Part shown: positions 1 through 11,692 of the stretch, piece by piece
Layout: each line of letters starts with the position of its first letter
How positions within the stretch are numbered: the stretch's first letter is position 1
DNA from: Octopus bimaculoides
Taxonomy: Eukaryota
DNA: 33,000 nucleotides
Reading direction: 5' to 3'
Assembly: GCF_001194135.2 (NCBI RefSeq)
Contig: NC_068997.1
Span: 56,246,303-56,279,302 of the forward strand
Notes under the pieces: model-generated
Seen by the model: the letters and a program-made list of their open reading frames with translations, nothing else
What the model was told of the DNA's origin: nothing
The model's database searches: none
Translations under genes and position numbers: made by a program

Positions 1-92
1 TTCTTCTTCTTCTTCTTCTTCTTCTTCTTCTTCTTCTTCTTCTTCTTCTTCTTCTTTTTCTTCTTCTTCTTCTTCTTCTTCTTCTTCTTCTT

Positions 93-125
<33 letters not shown>

Positions 126-155
126 ATTATTATTATCATCATTATTATTATTATA
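1..155. repeat. (TTC)n microsatellite followed by (TTA)n
   Basis: About 40 TTC units at 1-120 with one interruption, then imperfect TTA/TCA units; directly visible. Confidence 0.98.
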
Positions 156-721
156 AAGTTAAACTCAAGAATATAAACCTAATCCATTAATCTTCTTAGA
201 GTAATCCCAATAAAGAAGGAAATCGTTTGTTGTCAGTTCTTAGTGCCATTGTTGTTGTTGTTGTTGTTGTTGTTGTCATGTATGTTGCTGTCTTTTCTTT
301 TTTAATTTCTAATCTCATCTTTTTCATTTTCTTTTAAATAAATCTTGAACTAGTTTATCTAAATCATATGGAATTGGATTTAAGATTCCATTTTACTCAT
401 GGTTTGATCAATAATGGCCTCAGATTTTTCATTTCCATTCTGCTAATTTCTTTCTTTTCTTTTTCTCTCTATTATTTAACTTTGGGATTGAAAACTTACT
501 GCAAAATCAAAATCAAGACATGTTGAATAAATAAATATAAAATGCAATAAAAAGTTACAATGAAATTAGCATTGTTATGTAAAGTGTGATAACTGCAGTA
601 AGTCTTATAATTCACTTGTGATTTGGTTTTTTGAAGTTAAATGTTAAGTAATTGTGATAATATTATCAGTAACCAGATTTTTTTTTCCTATTTGTATTCC
701 ATGGAGATCACTGAACAGCTA

Positions 722-1173
<452 letters not shown>

Positions 1174-1432
1174 CACGAATGCATATTTCGTTTAAGTTTA
1201 TTTCAAATGCTTTTTGTATTTTTGTTTTTTGTAGACTTCAAGTCAGTCACTAACAAAGTGACAAGGCTTTTCTGCTTACGACAAGACAGACCTGTCAGTC
1301 TACCTGACAGTCTGTATGTTGGCATGCATCAATGTATGTGTATGTGTGTGTAGGTATGAACGTATTTCTTTATATATATATGTGAATATGTATGATTGTA
1401 TGTATATGTTTAATGTTTTTTAACATCTTATA

Positions 1433-1831
1433 GGTGCAGGAGTGGCTGTGTGGTAAGTAGCTTGCTTACCAACCACATGGTTCCGCATTCAGTCCCACTG
1501 CGTGGCACCTTGGGTAAGTGTCTTCTACTATAGCCTCGGGCCGACCAAAGCCTTGTGAGTGGATTTGGTAGACGGAAACTGAAAGAAGCCCGTCGTATAT
1601 ATATATATATGTATGTGTGTATATGTTGTGTATCTGTGTTTGTCCCCCCAACATCGCTTGACAACCGATGCTGGTGTGTTTAGGTCCCCGTAACTTAGCG
1701 GTTCGAAAAAAAGAGACTGATAGAATAAGTACTAGGCTTACAAAGAATAAGTCCTGGGGTCGATTTGATTCGACTAAAGGCGGTGCTCCAGCATGGCCGC
1801 AGTCAAATGACTGAAACAAGTAAAAAAAAAA
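1433..1831 (+). mobile_element. Near full-length octopus-type tRNA-derived CORE-like SINE (OR1/OR2-like)
   Basis: Pol III A-box-like TGGCTGTGTGG, degenerate B box (GCATTCAGTCCC), CORE-like GGCACCTTGGGTAAGTGTCTT, internal (TA)/(TG) tract, 3' tail ending ...GACTGAAACAAGT(A)n. The head recurs at 18112-18262 (-), 24280-24470 (+) and 29244-29400 (+). Family name is from recall. Confidence 0.88.
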
Positions 1832-1869
1832 TCTAAAAACATAAAGTATTAACTGCAGAAAGGACTCAA

Positions 1870-2442
1870 TACATGGTGTACAGTCCATTTTTTTATTTTA
1901 ACAACTGAGCTTATTGGGACTTCAAAATTTCATTAACCAGGCTTATTACATTGTCCTTATTCTTAGTGCAAGTTTTGAAGAGTGCAGCTCTATTTTAACA
2001 GTTATTTTTTCAAAGCTATAATGGAAGTGACAAAGGAGTATATTCAACATATTTTGCGTTATGAGTTCAATAAAGGCAACAATGCATCAGAAGGTGCGAG
2101 GAATATTGATGCCATATATGGGGATCAGACAATAAATGTAAGCCAGTGTCAAGAAGACGACCCTAGAATGCGAGCCTCATACTGAAAGATTTGTAAACCT
2201 CAACGAGGACTTCCTGCAAACCCTGGTGAAACAAAATGCTCTTTGGATACTTCCATGTAAGAAAGGGTTTTAATCAATGAAATTTTAATTCTATTATTCT
2301 GTAAAATAATATTTAATTAGTTTAAATGTACACAAATGCATAAAAATAATTTTAAATTTCATTAGACATTCTAAAATACTGTTAAATTTCATTCAATTTT
2401 AAAAAAGGTAAAATCGGACAGAACTTATGGGATGACCTAATA
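1870..2442 (+). mobile_element. Internally deleted non-autonomous mariner (Tc1/mariner) element
   Basis: ATG at 2021 gives MEVTKEYIQHILRYEFNKGNNASEGARNIDAIYGDQTINVSQCQ-EDDPR (mariner N-terminal HTH), then LNEDFLQTLVKQN in another frame. Catalytic DDD domain absent. Right TIR CGGACAGAACTTATGGGATGACCTAA at 2415-2440 plus TA; left TIR degraded. Confidence 0.85.
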
Positions 2443-2459
2443 TGTTTGAAGAACAAGAG

Positions 2460-2485
2460 GGAGAGAGACAGATAGATAGATAAAT

Positions 2486-2522
<37 letters not shown>

Positions 2523-2553
2523 TAGATAGATAGATAAATAGATAGATAGAGAG
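2460..2553. repeat. (GA)/(GACA)/(GATA)n compound microsatellite
   Basis: Directly visible tandem di- and tetranucleotides. Confidence 0.95.
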
Positions 2554-2839
2554 AATATGGATATGTATGTTTGAACTGAATTTATGTAACAAGAAGATGG
2601 ACAAAAACAGTCTTTAATTACAAATTACATTTGTCTCTGTACAGTGCTTTGGAAACACTCTACCTGACGATGTGCCAGCACACAGTTGTTGGTGCACTAT
2701 ATTTCTTTATGTAATTATTTATAAAGTAATTTCATGTAATGTGAAACTGGAAACTCAGCTAATTAAAGCTGTTGTCACTGCACAGAAGCAACTGTTGCTA
2801 TTTGTAATTAAAGCACAATTATTCCACCTTCTTATCGTA

Positions 2840-2858
2840 TGTATATATGCATACATAC

Positions 2859-2921
<63 letters not shown>

Positions 2922-2930
2922 TATATATAT
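2840..2930. repeat. (TA)n/(CA)n microsatellite
   Basis: Directly visible. Confidence 0.95.
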
Positions 2931-4099
2931 GGATATATTTATGTATATACATGTTTATGTGTATCTGTCTGTTTCTGCATGTATCTTTGTATGCACAGAC
3001 AAACCATGTCCTACACAGTGTTTCTATCCATATTTCAAGTTTCATAAGTACTATTCTGGCCATTTTTATTATATTTACACATTTTTTTGTCAATCCTGTG
3101 CCAATTTAACTGGTTTCTGGCACTATTATTACTCTGAGAATTCTGTTTTGGGGAAATGGTAGGAAACTAGCTGAACGAATTAATTGACCTTCATATTATC
3201 ATGAGATTTTCACTTCTTTTTCAGAATATCAAATATATTGTTGCAAAAACAGAACTGATATTTCACCATTGTGGCAGCAACAATTTTATTCACAATATTA
3301 GATTTATTTGTGTAATATTGTCACACAAGTTGTTCCCTTGTTGGAGCTGGTTTCTGTTATAGAAAATACTTAATATACAACAAGAATATCTTCCAAAATT
3401 ATGTTCCTTTATCACAGTGAAATATTGAATATATATTATTGAAAATATTTAATATATTTTTGTAAAACAGTAATAAATGTCCTCCTTTTATTACACTAAA
3501 TTCTCCTTTTGAATCAGTTTGATGATAGTTCAGTGATGCTTATGAATAAAACACTGCCCTTAGGGGATTCTGCTATGCAAGACCTAATTTCAACCAATAT
3601 TATATTCAGCAATGTTATTAACTATGCTGGGACCTTGAGCCAAAATATAAAACAACTTCAGTTCTGCCTTGTGACTCTACCTTCATTTCACAATTGGTAA
3701 TTCTGTGAAAATGTTCAAAGTACAAATAGACATTCGTTTTTAAATGCTGGCTTATTCCCATGTTTGTGTCTCCTGCAAGAAAACTGCAAACAAACGCATT
3801 CTAAGAAAATAAATTTGTAAATCTTGGTTGCTGATTCCAAGTCATAAATTATATTTGGAAATTGATCTTAATAAATGTTGATTTCCTTATTAGAAAATTA
3901 CCAAATGAACAAACTTGAAAATGTCTACAAACTCAATCTTTATGAAATCTTGCAATATTGAAATCTTGTAATTTGGCGAAACATTTGTAAAATGATAACT
4001 TCTGAATTGATAAATAATTAATTGTGCCTGCTAAAGTATAATGGAATTTATTCCAATAAGTATTAAGTTTTTCGATATTGTTATTCAGCAGCTCAGTTA

Positions 4100-4700
4100 A
4101 TATAGTTTTTCTACCTGGAATGTTTCTTTTCAGTTTGTCCAAAATGTCAGTCTCCAGAAAGTTGTATCTTCATCATTGAACATGAGAAGGTTCCATGTTC
4201 TTGTCTGCATGCATACAAGACGATCCATAGTTTTAGCATCATCAATCTCAGGGGCTACCATAAAACTCCTGATGTACTTCCTGTGTTTCTCCAGTTAGTT
4301 TTGTTGTACATACTGGAAGCATCTTAAGGAACAAGTTTGCTTACTTGTCAGTCTTTAAAACTAAACATAGGTGCAGTGTGCTGCTCTGCCATTTCCACTT
4401 GCTGGCAATAATTCTACCTGCTGGAACAAGTTGCCTTGTATCATTACAGTTTGATTATACTCAGGATGATTTAGGGCAAGTTGCTACAGCCATCTCTCCT
4501 TTGGTCCCTCTCTCTTATTTGTCTGGTGTATTCTTTGAGACATTGACATTTCTCTCAATTCTTTGAACTGTTCTTCCATAAATTCAGTAGCATATCTTTT
4601 CCAAGAACACTTGCTCTTTGACGAATTTCTTTGTAGCTGTCTAGCCATTTCGTTTTAGGATTTGGTTTGCAAGATTCTTTATGTGAGTTCATGTATTGAA
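4100..4700 (-). mobile_element. Possible highly decayed RTE-like LINE fragment
   Basis: Frameshifted minus-strand peptides EFMEEQFKELREM...RIHQ...ATCPKS and FMVAPEIDD loosely resemble the RTE linker and the KAPGxD motif before RT; weak match. Confidence 0.3.
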
Positions 4701-4702
4701 GC

Positions 4703-4813
4703 ATATTCTGTTGTGTCTGGAGAGAGTCATTCTCTTTTGGTGCCTTATAATTTAACACACTCACCAGTAAAACTATAAGGCACCAATGACTCTCCCCAGA
4801 CACAACAGAATAT
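4703..4813. repeat. Near-perfect inverted repeat (hairpin)
   Basis: Arm 4703-4749 is the reverse complement of arm 4774-4813, apart from A4721/C4795 and a 7-nt bulge at 4732-4738; 24-nt loop. Confidence 0.95.
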
Positions 4814-4826
4814 CTAGCCATTATAG
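4765..4826 (-). CDS. Candidate 62-nt exon (xAIMARYSVVSGESHWCLIVLL), product unknown
   Basis: Acceptor cattctcattttcaAG, donor CTG|GTGAGT; only one frame is open; no recognisable homology. Confidence 0.3.
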
Positions 4827-5557
4827 CTTGAAAATGAGAATGTGTGAGTTTATAACTGAGAGAGAAAGAATTAGTGTGTGACAAAAAGAGAGAAGGAAAG
4901 AGATGAAAAAAGAAATGAACCATTCAAGAGAATCTGGAGGAGAAAGTTCTAGTGGCTTGAGCTCATCTCTACAGTTACATAAAAGTAGAATTCCTGTTTG
5001 ATTCAGCTACAAGTGGTAATATAGATATCTCAGCATATCCAAATAAATCAGGTTCATCTAACAGAATTACCATTTTAAGAAGGAATTGATATGAGAACGA
5101 CTTTAATGACTACTGATGCTGATTTTATATTTTTGGAGACAAAATGTAAAAAATTTATCCTTTTGGGTTAATTAGTTATTTGGATCAAACTGGTCCTGAG
5201 AAAGGAGTGTTTGGTGAATGAGGACAATTAACGTACTGCTAGTTCTAGTATACTAACAACTACAAACTCAGACACTTTGGAATGCTTAGGAAGTTCAAAA
5301 TTCTATAATAATGAACTTCAATTTTTTTTTCTTGCTCACATATTAATCATTTAAATTTCAATTATTCAGTATCAATATTAAAATCAAAACTATTTTTTAA
5401 ATCAGTAGATCAATTTGCAATGAAACTCCTGCAGGAATTTAAAATGTACCTGAAACTTAACATCTAAATTTGAATTCTTTGAGTTCAATATAAAAAAAAA
5501 AATTATTCAGTATGTTTTGTTATATTAAAACTGCTGCAGGAGATTAAATTCTCTCAC

Positions 5558-5578
5558 CTGTAACAGTTTCACCTTCCA
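5558..5578 (-). CDS. Candidate 21-nt micro-exon (VEGETVT)
   Basis: Acceptor gatattatctTAG, donor CAG|GTGAGA; phase 1-1, fits the putative exon chain. Confidence 0.2.
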
Positions 5579-5859
5579 CTAAGATAATATCATTGTTTAC
5601 ATTTCCAGTTCTGATTGTCAGCCCCATTCAACCACAACAGCATCTACAACATCACTCGTGGCAAACAACATTCATTCAATGAGTGATATTTATGAAGTCA
5701 CCTCCCACTCATTTATTTTATGAAATATTTCTAAGAAAGTTGGATATCAAAGTATTGAAATATCATTAAAAACTATTTATATAAGGTCACTATGTAAATA
5801 GTTAAAGGACTTAGAGCAAGTCGGTTACTGTGTTGTTGTTCTTCCTGTTGTAAGCATAG

Positions 5860-5950
5860 AAAGAGTTTATGTTGTTAAAAAGTTTATTTTGTATCCACAT
5901 GATTTCAGATTCACTCCTAATGTGGGGTACCTTGGGCAAATGTCTATTAT
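5860..5950 (+). mobile_element. Decayed SINE head fragment
   Basis: CCACATGATTTCAGATTCACTCC...GGTACCTTGGGCAAATGTCT resembles the head/CORE part of the 1433-1831 SINE. Confidence 0.45.
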
Positions 5951-6330
5951 GTGGGTGGGTGGAGAAGTTCATAGGCTGGCTATGAAGGAGTAATGCTAGA
6001 ACTGTGAAATCTTGCAGGCATTAATTTCAGTGCTTTGTATTAATAAGGTTATTATTGTTTCTTCTCCAGGTAAACTGACATCTGACTGTTAAAAGAACAC
6101 TTCAAAAGTAATTAGTAGCAGCTTCTCTTGAAGACAGACCAAATTTGGCATCGTGGTGTTATCAAGTTCCTGCAGAAAAGGCTTTTAGTCCCCAATGGTA
6201 TTATTCTTGCTGACATGGTTGCTACAGTAGAGGATGATGCTCCAGCTTTATCAACTGTGCAAAAGTGGGAGGCTGAATTTATGTGAGAGAGAGGGAAAGA
6301 GAGAGTCGGGGACTTGAAGATGACACAAGG
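5951..6330 (+). mobile_element. 5' fragment of a second mariner family
   Basis: 6143-6286 translates IWHRGVIKFLQKRLLVPNGIILADMVATVEDDAPALSTVQKWEAEF, followed by a degraded LEDDTR; mariner HTH with EDDPR motif, truncated afterwards. Confidence 0.8.
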
Positions 6331-6344
6331 GCAGAGAAATGGCT

Positions 6345-6470
6345 TGGTTTCTTTATTTCATCAGCTCTTAAGGGATGAAAGCAAATTCGACCCTGCTGTG
6401 ATTCCAGCTCAGAATGTAAAGAGCCAAAAAAAATGCCGCAAGACATTTTATCCAATGCTCTAATAAATAT
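6345..6470 (-). mobile_element. SINE head fragment of a second family (same as 8760-8986)
   Basis: GGATGAAAGCAAATTCGACC...CTCAGAATGTAAA matches GGATGAAAGAAATAGTTAACC...CTCAGAACATGAAA near 8880-8930. Confidence 0.6.
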
Positions 6471-6498
6471 GCCAGCTAATAACTACAACAATAAGACC

Positions 6499-6566
6499 AA
6501 CAGCAGCAGTAGCATTAGTAGTAGCAGCAGCAGTAGCAGTGGTAGTAGCAGCAGCAGTAGTAGTAG
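6499..6566. repeat. (AGC/AGT)n trinucleotide repeat
   Basis: Directly visible; source of the poly-Ser ORF 6433-6636. Confidence 0.9.
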
Positions 6567-7849
6567 ATGTTGTTGCAGGTGGACAGCAGCAATGGCCCAT
6601 CATAACAGCATCTTTATGAATATTATGATTTCCTAGTATTGAATTTTGTGCAACTGTTCAATCTCAAGAAAAAAGTTAGTACCATCGTTTCTGCTTCAAA
6701 ACTGTCAGGAGGCTGTCACAGAGTGGCAATATGAAATCTGCTGTCAAAGAGTTTAGACTAATCTCAAGACGTATTCTTTGTCAGTTGTCAATATTTTGTA
6801 TTATGTCCAAACTAAATTTGAGCCAACTTGCAAAAGCAACATATCATTATTTGTAGTTCTGATTGTTTTGTCATTAAGTGACATTTTTAGATGTGTAATT
6901 AACATCACATCTAATTTTCGGTAACTAATGCATCCATAATTTCCACTTAGAACACGCCATTATTTCATTTCTCTTTTATTTCGCATCATTGAGCATCAGT
7001 TTGTCAGTTCAAATTTTCTCTATGAAAGAAATTAATATTGAAGTATTTCCACAAAAGAAAAAAAGAAAAATAAACACAAAAATTGAAATTGCCATCTGCA
7101 TATAAAATGCTTTTGTCTCATAATTAAGTAATTGCCCACAATTTTCTTCGAAATAAATTAGTGGTATGCTGTGAACCATGAATTAATGCTGTTATATTTC
7201 CTAGATGCCTTCTAATTCTGTCACCTTGTTTACGAGCAGAAAAACCATTCTTTTGGTGGTGTATTCCTTACTTGTGCATCATTCCAAAATTATTTTTATT
7301 TAGTTTATTCTCAAGTGAATGTTATTTATTGTTTTATTACAATTTTTCATGTTCTTATTGCTTAGCCTTAGGTTAAAACCCTGATTGCTAGACTTATGAT
7401 GAAAAGTATTCCGACTATGACCATCACATCTCACCATAGGCAGCCTCTCAAGTGTCAGTGGTACAATAGAATACACCAACACAATTCTGTAAAATGGTTG
7501 TTATTAGAAATGGAGAAAGATAAACACACTGTAGTGAGATCAGAGACAGGACATGGAGTAAATTGACAAGATGTCTATCTGTTATTCTTTATTGATGTAA
7601 ATGTCTGAATGTTTGTGAGTGAGTGTATTGATGTTGTTCATGAATTGTTTCCTGTTTATGAAAAACTGAAAATTACTTTTCTATGTAGAGAGATATTCAG
7701 CAACAATTATTTTCTTTTCTGGGTTCTAGTACCCAGAAATGAACTAGAAGTTATTTCACGTAATATTCTATCACTGTAGTAAACTGATTCATTAAAATTG
7801 TGGTATATAAAAACAGAAAACGAAGCAGTGAATTTTAGTTTTATATATG

Positions 7850-7908
7850 CACACACGCACGTGCGCACACACACACACACATACACACACACAAAGACAT
7901 ACACACAC
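7850..7908. repeat. (CA)n microsatellite
   Basis: Directly visible. Confidence 0.9.
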
Positions 7909-8759
7909 AGCAAGGGAGTGAAACTAATGACATAGATAATGGGAAATATTTGCAGTAATTACTCTCTGCTCCTGTCCTCTGTAATGTATTGAAGAGTGAA
8001 CTGGTAATTTACACTATTCTATATAATTAGAATAATATTGTTAGAAAATCTAATGAAAGTATTGTCTTGGTAGATGTAAAATTTGATTTCATTTAGATAA
8101 TCACCTTTTCTTTAAGTTAACTACACTATCATAAAAATATTTGTTTTATAGTAAATTGTAATGTATCTCCTTGGTCTCAGAACTTTGCGCTGTCTCAAAA
8201 CCAATGAAGAAGACTCTTTATCATTGTGGCTGTTCCTGCTATTACGTATAACAGCCAAGTCTGCTGCAAATCACATGCTGTTGTCTTATGTGTGAAAGGA
8301 AGCATGCAACCATATAAGTTGTGGATGCCAGTAAATAAGAGCTGAAGTTAAAGTGGTAATTTGTGACACAGTCACCAGAAATTTGAGAGGAGGGAAACGA
8401 TGAGTTATATTGACCCAAGTATATATAGAACTAATATTCTATTTTATCAGCCCTGGTGGTGTCGCGATACACAGATATTGTTTTGAGCTGAGTGGGGGTG
8501 CTAGATTCCCTTGTTCGAAAATGTAAGGACACAGATCATGTCATATAGCCAGCTGGAAACGATGTCTCCTGGGGCTAAATCACAGCAACATTCATCCTAA
8601 ACCAGGACTGCCATGTTATGTTGGCAAGTAATCTTTACTCCTAACTCTTCTTCATTATCTACATCAGTTGTTTTCCCGCTCACCTATTTTGGTGTGGAAC
8701 CACAATTTTCTCCAAGATCCCAACATCTATATTTGCTATATTTCAGACACAACTCTCTG

Positions 8760-8986
8760 CTACCTTAATACTAAATTTGGTTTCAAATTTTGGCACAAGG
8801 CCAGCATTTTCAGGGGAGGGAGTAAGTTGATTACATCGACCCCAGTACATAACTGGTACTTATTTTATCAACCCCAAAAGGATGAAAGAAATAGTTAACC
8901 TTGGCAGAATTTGCACTCAGAACATGAAAATGGACAAAATGCTGCTAAGTATTTTGTCCAGTGTTTTAATAGCTCTGCCAGATCAC
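8760..8986 (-). mobile_element. Octopus-type tRNA-derived SINE (second family), decayed
   Basis: GGCACAAGGCCAGC...ATCGACCCCAGT...CTGGTACTTATTTTATCAACCCC...GGATGAAAG...CTGCCAG; related pieces at 6345-6470 and about 8385-8460. Confidence 0.7.
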
Positions 8987-9457
8987 TACATTCCTTGATT
9001 CCAATATTAAAATTGAAAAACAAAAAAACCTATTTCAAAGGGAGAATTTATCCCTTAAAGAAATTTTTTTTTAAATAACATGAAACATTATAATAATTAA
9101 TACCATTATTTCATAAAATAGATATTTATTTAATTTTACTGACAGAAACCTTCCTTTGCAGAACCTTTGAATTTTCTTATGACCCTCACTTTGACAAACA
9201 CTTATCTATGTCCTCCAGCAGGGTTCTCATCCAATTTTTTCTCTCTGTTTCTTCATCATCCTCTCTCATCCGGTCATAGCCTCTGCAGTGTCCTTCAATA
9301 ATCTTCAAACGTCCATTTCCTTGGTTCCCTGAAGAGGCTCTTCTGTTGCTATCATCTTTGTCTCCTGGATGTTTCTCCCATCAGCATTTTACTCTGTTGG
9401 TGGCAAGTCTGTTACAGTGCTGTGAATTATGACGTAGAAACTAGATTGTCAGCACTG

Positions 9458-9730
9458 TCATCATCATCTTCATCATCATCATCATCATCATCGCCACCAC
9501 CACCACCACCACCACCACCACCACTCCACATTATCTCCACTATCATCCTCACCACTTCCATCCCTATCACTACCGTCATCTACATTCCCGCAGCCACCAT
9601 AATCGCCAACAGACCCACCATCATTATCCCCACCATCCTCATCACCATCTTTATAAACCACCACCACCACCACCACTACCTGTCTTCTCTTACTCTTAAT
9701 CAACGTAATAATTAACACTATCATCAGCAT
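9458..9730. repeat. (CAT)/(CAC)n low-complexity tract
   Basis: Directly visible; source of the poly-S/P/H and poly-W/V ORFs. Confidence 0.92.
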
Positions 9731-10212
9731 CCCACCTAATTTAACACTGAAATTTATTTGTCTTAACTCGGAATAAATATAATTTATTTTCCTTGGAATG
9801 ATTATGGTAATTCACTGGCGGTAATATGTTATGTTTTTGGTAACAATGCCAACTGCTCCAAATTTGGCAATGGCTCGGCTATCTCTTTGTGTCAGTTACT
9901 TCATTTGGCAACGGTTCCAAACATTGAAAAGTGTAATGTGTTTCAAGCACCTGGTTTTCCACCAATTCCAGTTCTATAAAGGAAATCTTAACTGTCCTTC
10001 ATTGAAGAGAAAAAAAAGAACTGAGTGAGAATGAGAGGGAGGGAGAGAGAGAGAGAGGAGTGGGGTGTGTGAAAGAGAGTGGGTGAGAGGGCAGGGGAGA
10101 GTTGTAAATTCGTAAATAATTGTAGTTTATTAGGTGGGAGGCATGGAAAGAAATCACACAGAGCTAGAATTTTGAAACAAATCCTGTAGGATTAATGGAG
10201 AGCAGGAAATAT

Positions 10213-10570
10213 ACCATCACCATCATCATCATCATCATCACCACAACCACTACCACAACCACCATCACCCTCCTACTTCTCCTCCTCGTCCACATCATCA
10301 TCATCTTCATCATTATCATCGTTTCAACAACCACTTTTTGCATGGATCAGATGCAACTTGCTGAGGTAGACTTTTCCTTCACCTGTTTCTGAACAAGGTG
10401 TTATTTTCTCCATGATGGGACATGTTATTCATGGAAGATTGGAAATGAATGACATCACTTGCATGAAATGGACGCTTGTTCACAGCCATGGCATGATGTC
10501 AACACAATGGCAGGGTGACACTCAGTACACATACAAACTCACACACACGCACTTTTTACAGTTTCCAGAA
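10213..10570 (-). mobile_element. 3' part of an RTE-tail-type SINE ending in (CAT)n on the + strand
   Basis: (CAT)n-GTTTCAACAACCACTTTTTGCATGGATCAGATG...CACCTGTTTCTGAACAAGG...GGAAGATTGGAAATGAATGAC; family recognised from recall. Confidence 0.55.
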
Positions 10571-10577
10571 ATGGCCC

Positions 10578-10866
10578 CTTCTGGTGCTGGTGCCACAATA
10601 AAAATGCACTCAATACACTATGTAAAGTGTTTGGTGATAGAAAGGTCATTCAGTCATAGAAAGCAAGTCAAAAATGGGACCAACAAGTGAAATGTGAGAG
10701 ACTGACCCACGAGGAGGAAGAGGAACAATGAATAAAAAAGTTGATTGAGAGCATAGGGATCAATCTAGCTTATACCAGCATTGAAGGTGGATGTATACAC
10801 ATAGAGGATGATGATGATGATGATGACGACTATGATGATGGTGATGACGACGATGATGACAATGAC
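10578..10866 (+). mobile_element. 3' part of an RTE-tail-type SINE ending in (GAT)n
   Basis: CTGGTGCTGGTGCCAC...TACACTATGTAAAGTGTTTGG...CCAGCATTGAAGGTGGATGT-(GAT)n; a related reverse copy lies at 25262-25545. Confidence 0.55.
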
Positions 10867-11045
10867 AAGGAAGAGGAGGGAGTTGATGGTAGATGTAGTC
10901 CTAAGTGGCATCACATGGGCGATTCAACTTTCAGAATATATAAAACAGAAGAACTAAAGCTTTCGTAACTGAAATGTACCAGTTTATGATTATGGATGAA
11001 AGCCACTACACAACATGCAGCTCATCAAAGTAACATATTAATTAC

Positions 11046-11053
11046 CTGATCTG
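11046..11053 (-). CDS. Candidate 8-nt micro-exon CAGATCAG
   Basis: Acceptor ctgttgatatttcCAG, donor CAG|GTAATT; keeps the frame after either the 25-nt or the 55-nt candidate. Confidence 0.25.
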
Positions 11054-11667
11054 CTGGAAATATCAACAGACAGTCTAATCACTTATTTCTAATAATGTTG
11101 TTGGTAGGAACCATTGTCAGATTCTTCGTGTCTTTATTTGGCTTTAGTTCAAAACCACAAACAACCATTTCCTTGGTTGTAAAAAATATTGACTTCATAG
11201 AAGGGATGGTTGTGTGTAAATAGATTTACTAACAACATGAAATAGCATGAATAAATGAAATGAAATATTTGATTCTTCAATCAGCAGTCGGACATTTCAA
11301 GAATTCCACAAGTTCCAAAATAAAAAGAGAAACAAGTTTTTTTTTCTTTTTAGTTTGTTGTGAAAACTTTGAGAAAATTTATCACAGCTTTTAAGAAATG
11401 TTTCAAACATTTTTTTGTATTTTTATTTAAGGAAAATAAATATATAAAAAAGAAATTTTGAGTTGAAATATTTTATCTGATTGATATTATTTTTGGTTTT
11501 ATTTAAAATCGAAAACAGAAATGATTCATAAAATATTATACACCCCCACCATACACAGTAACAAAAAAAAAAAAAAGAAAAGACATGGGAAGTAAAATGT
11601 CTTGAAGAATACCAGGAAAGATGGAAATAAAACATCAAAGATATAAAAAGTGACAACAAAAACTTAC

Positions 11668-11692
11668 CTGAAGTTACTTATTGTTGCCAAAC
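11668..11692 (-). CDS. Candidate 25-nt micro-exon ((G)LATISNF)
   Basis: Consensus donor CAG|GTAAGT, moderate acceptor catttcactgaaCAG; its only open frame is the one needed after 12175-12208. Confidence 0.3.

Noticed and set aside
1286-1315. Small hairpin ACAGAC(C)TGTCAG-TCTAC-CTGACAGTCTGT
   Set aside because: Only about 12 bp with a bulge and no supporting context; plausible by chance or local slippage.
4555-4923. 122-aa minus ORF with HWCLIVL resembling the Ulp1/SENP catalytic His motif
   Set aside because: No other C48 protease motifs; the N-terminal part is low-complexity and the match is too short.
6340-6365. CTGATGA...GAAA on the minus strand (also near 25490-25503)
   Set aside because: No stem II can form between the boxes and both lie inside SINE fragments.
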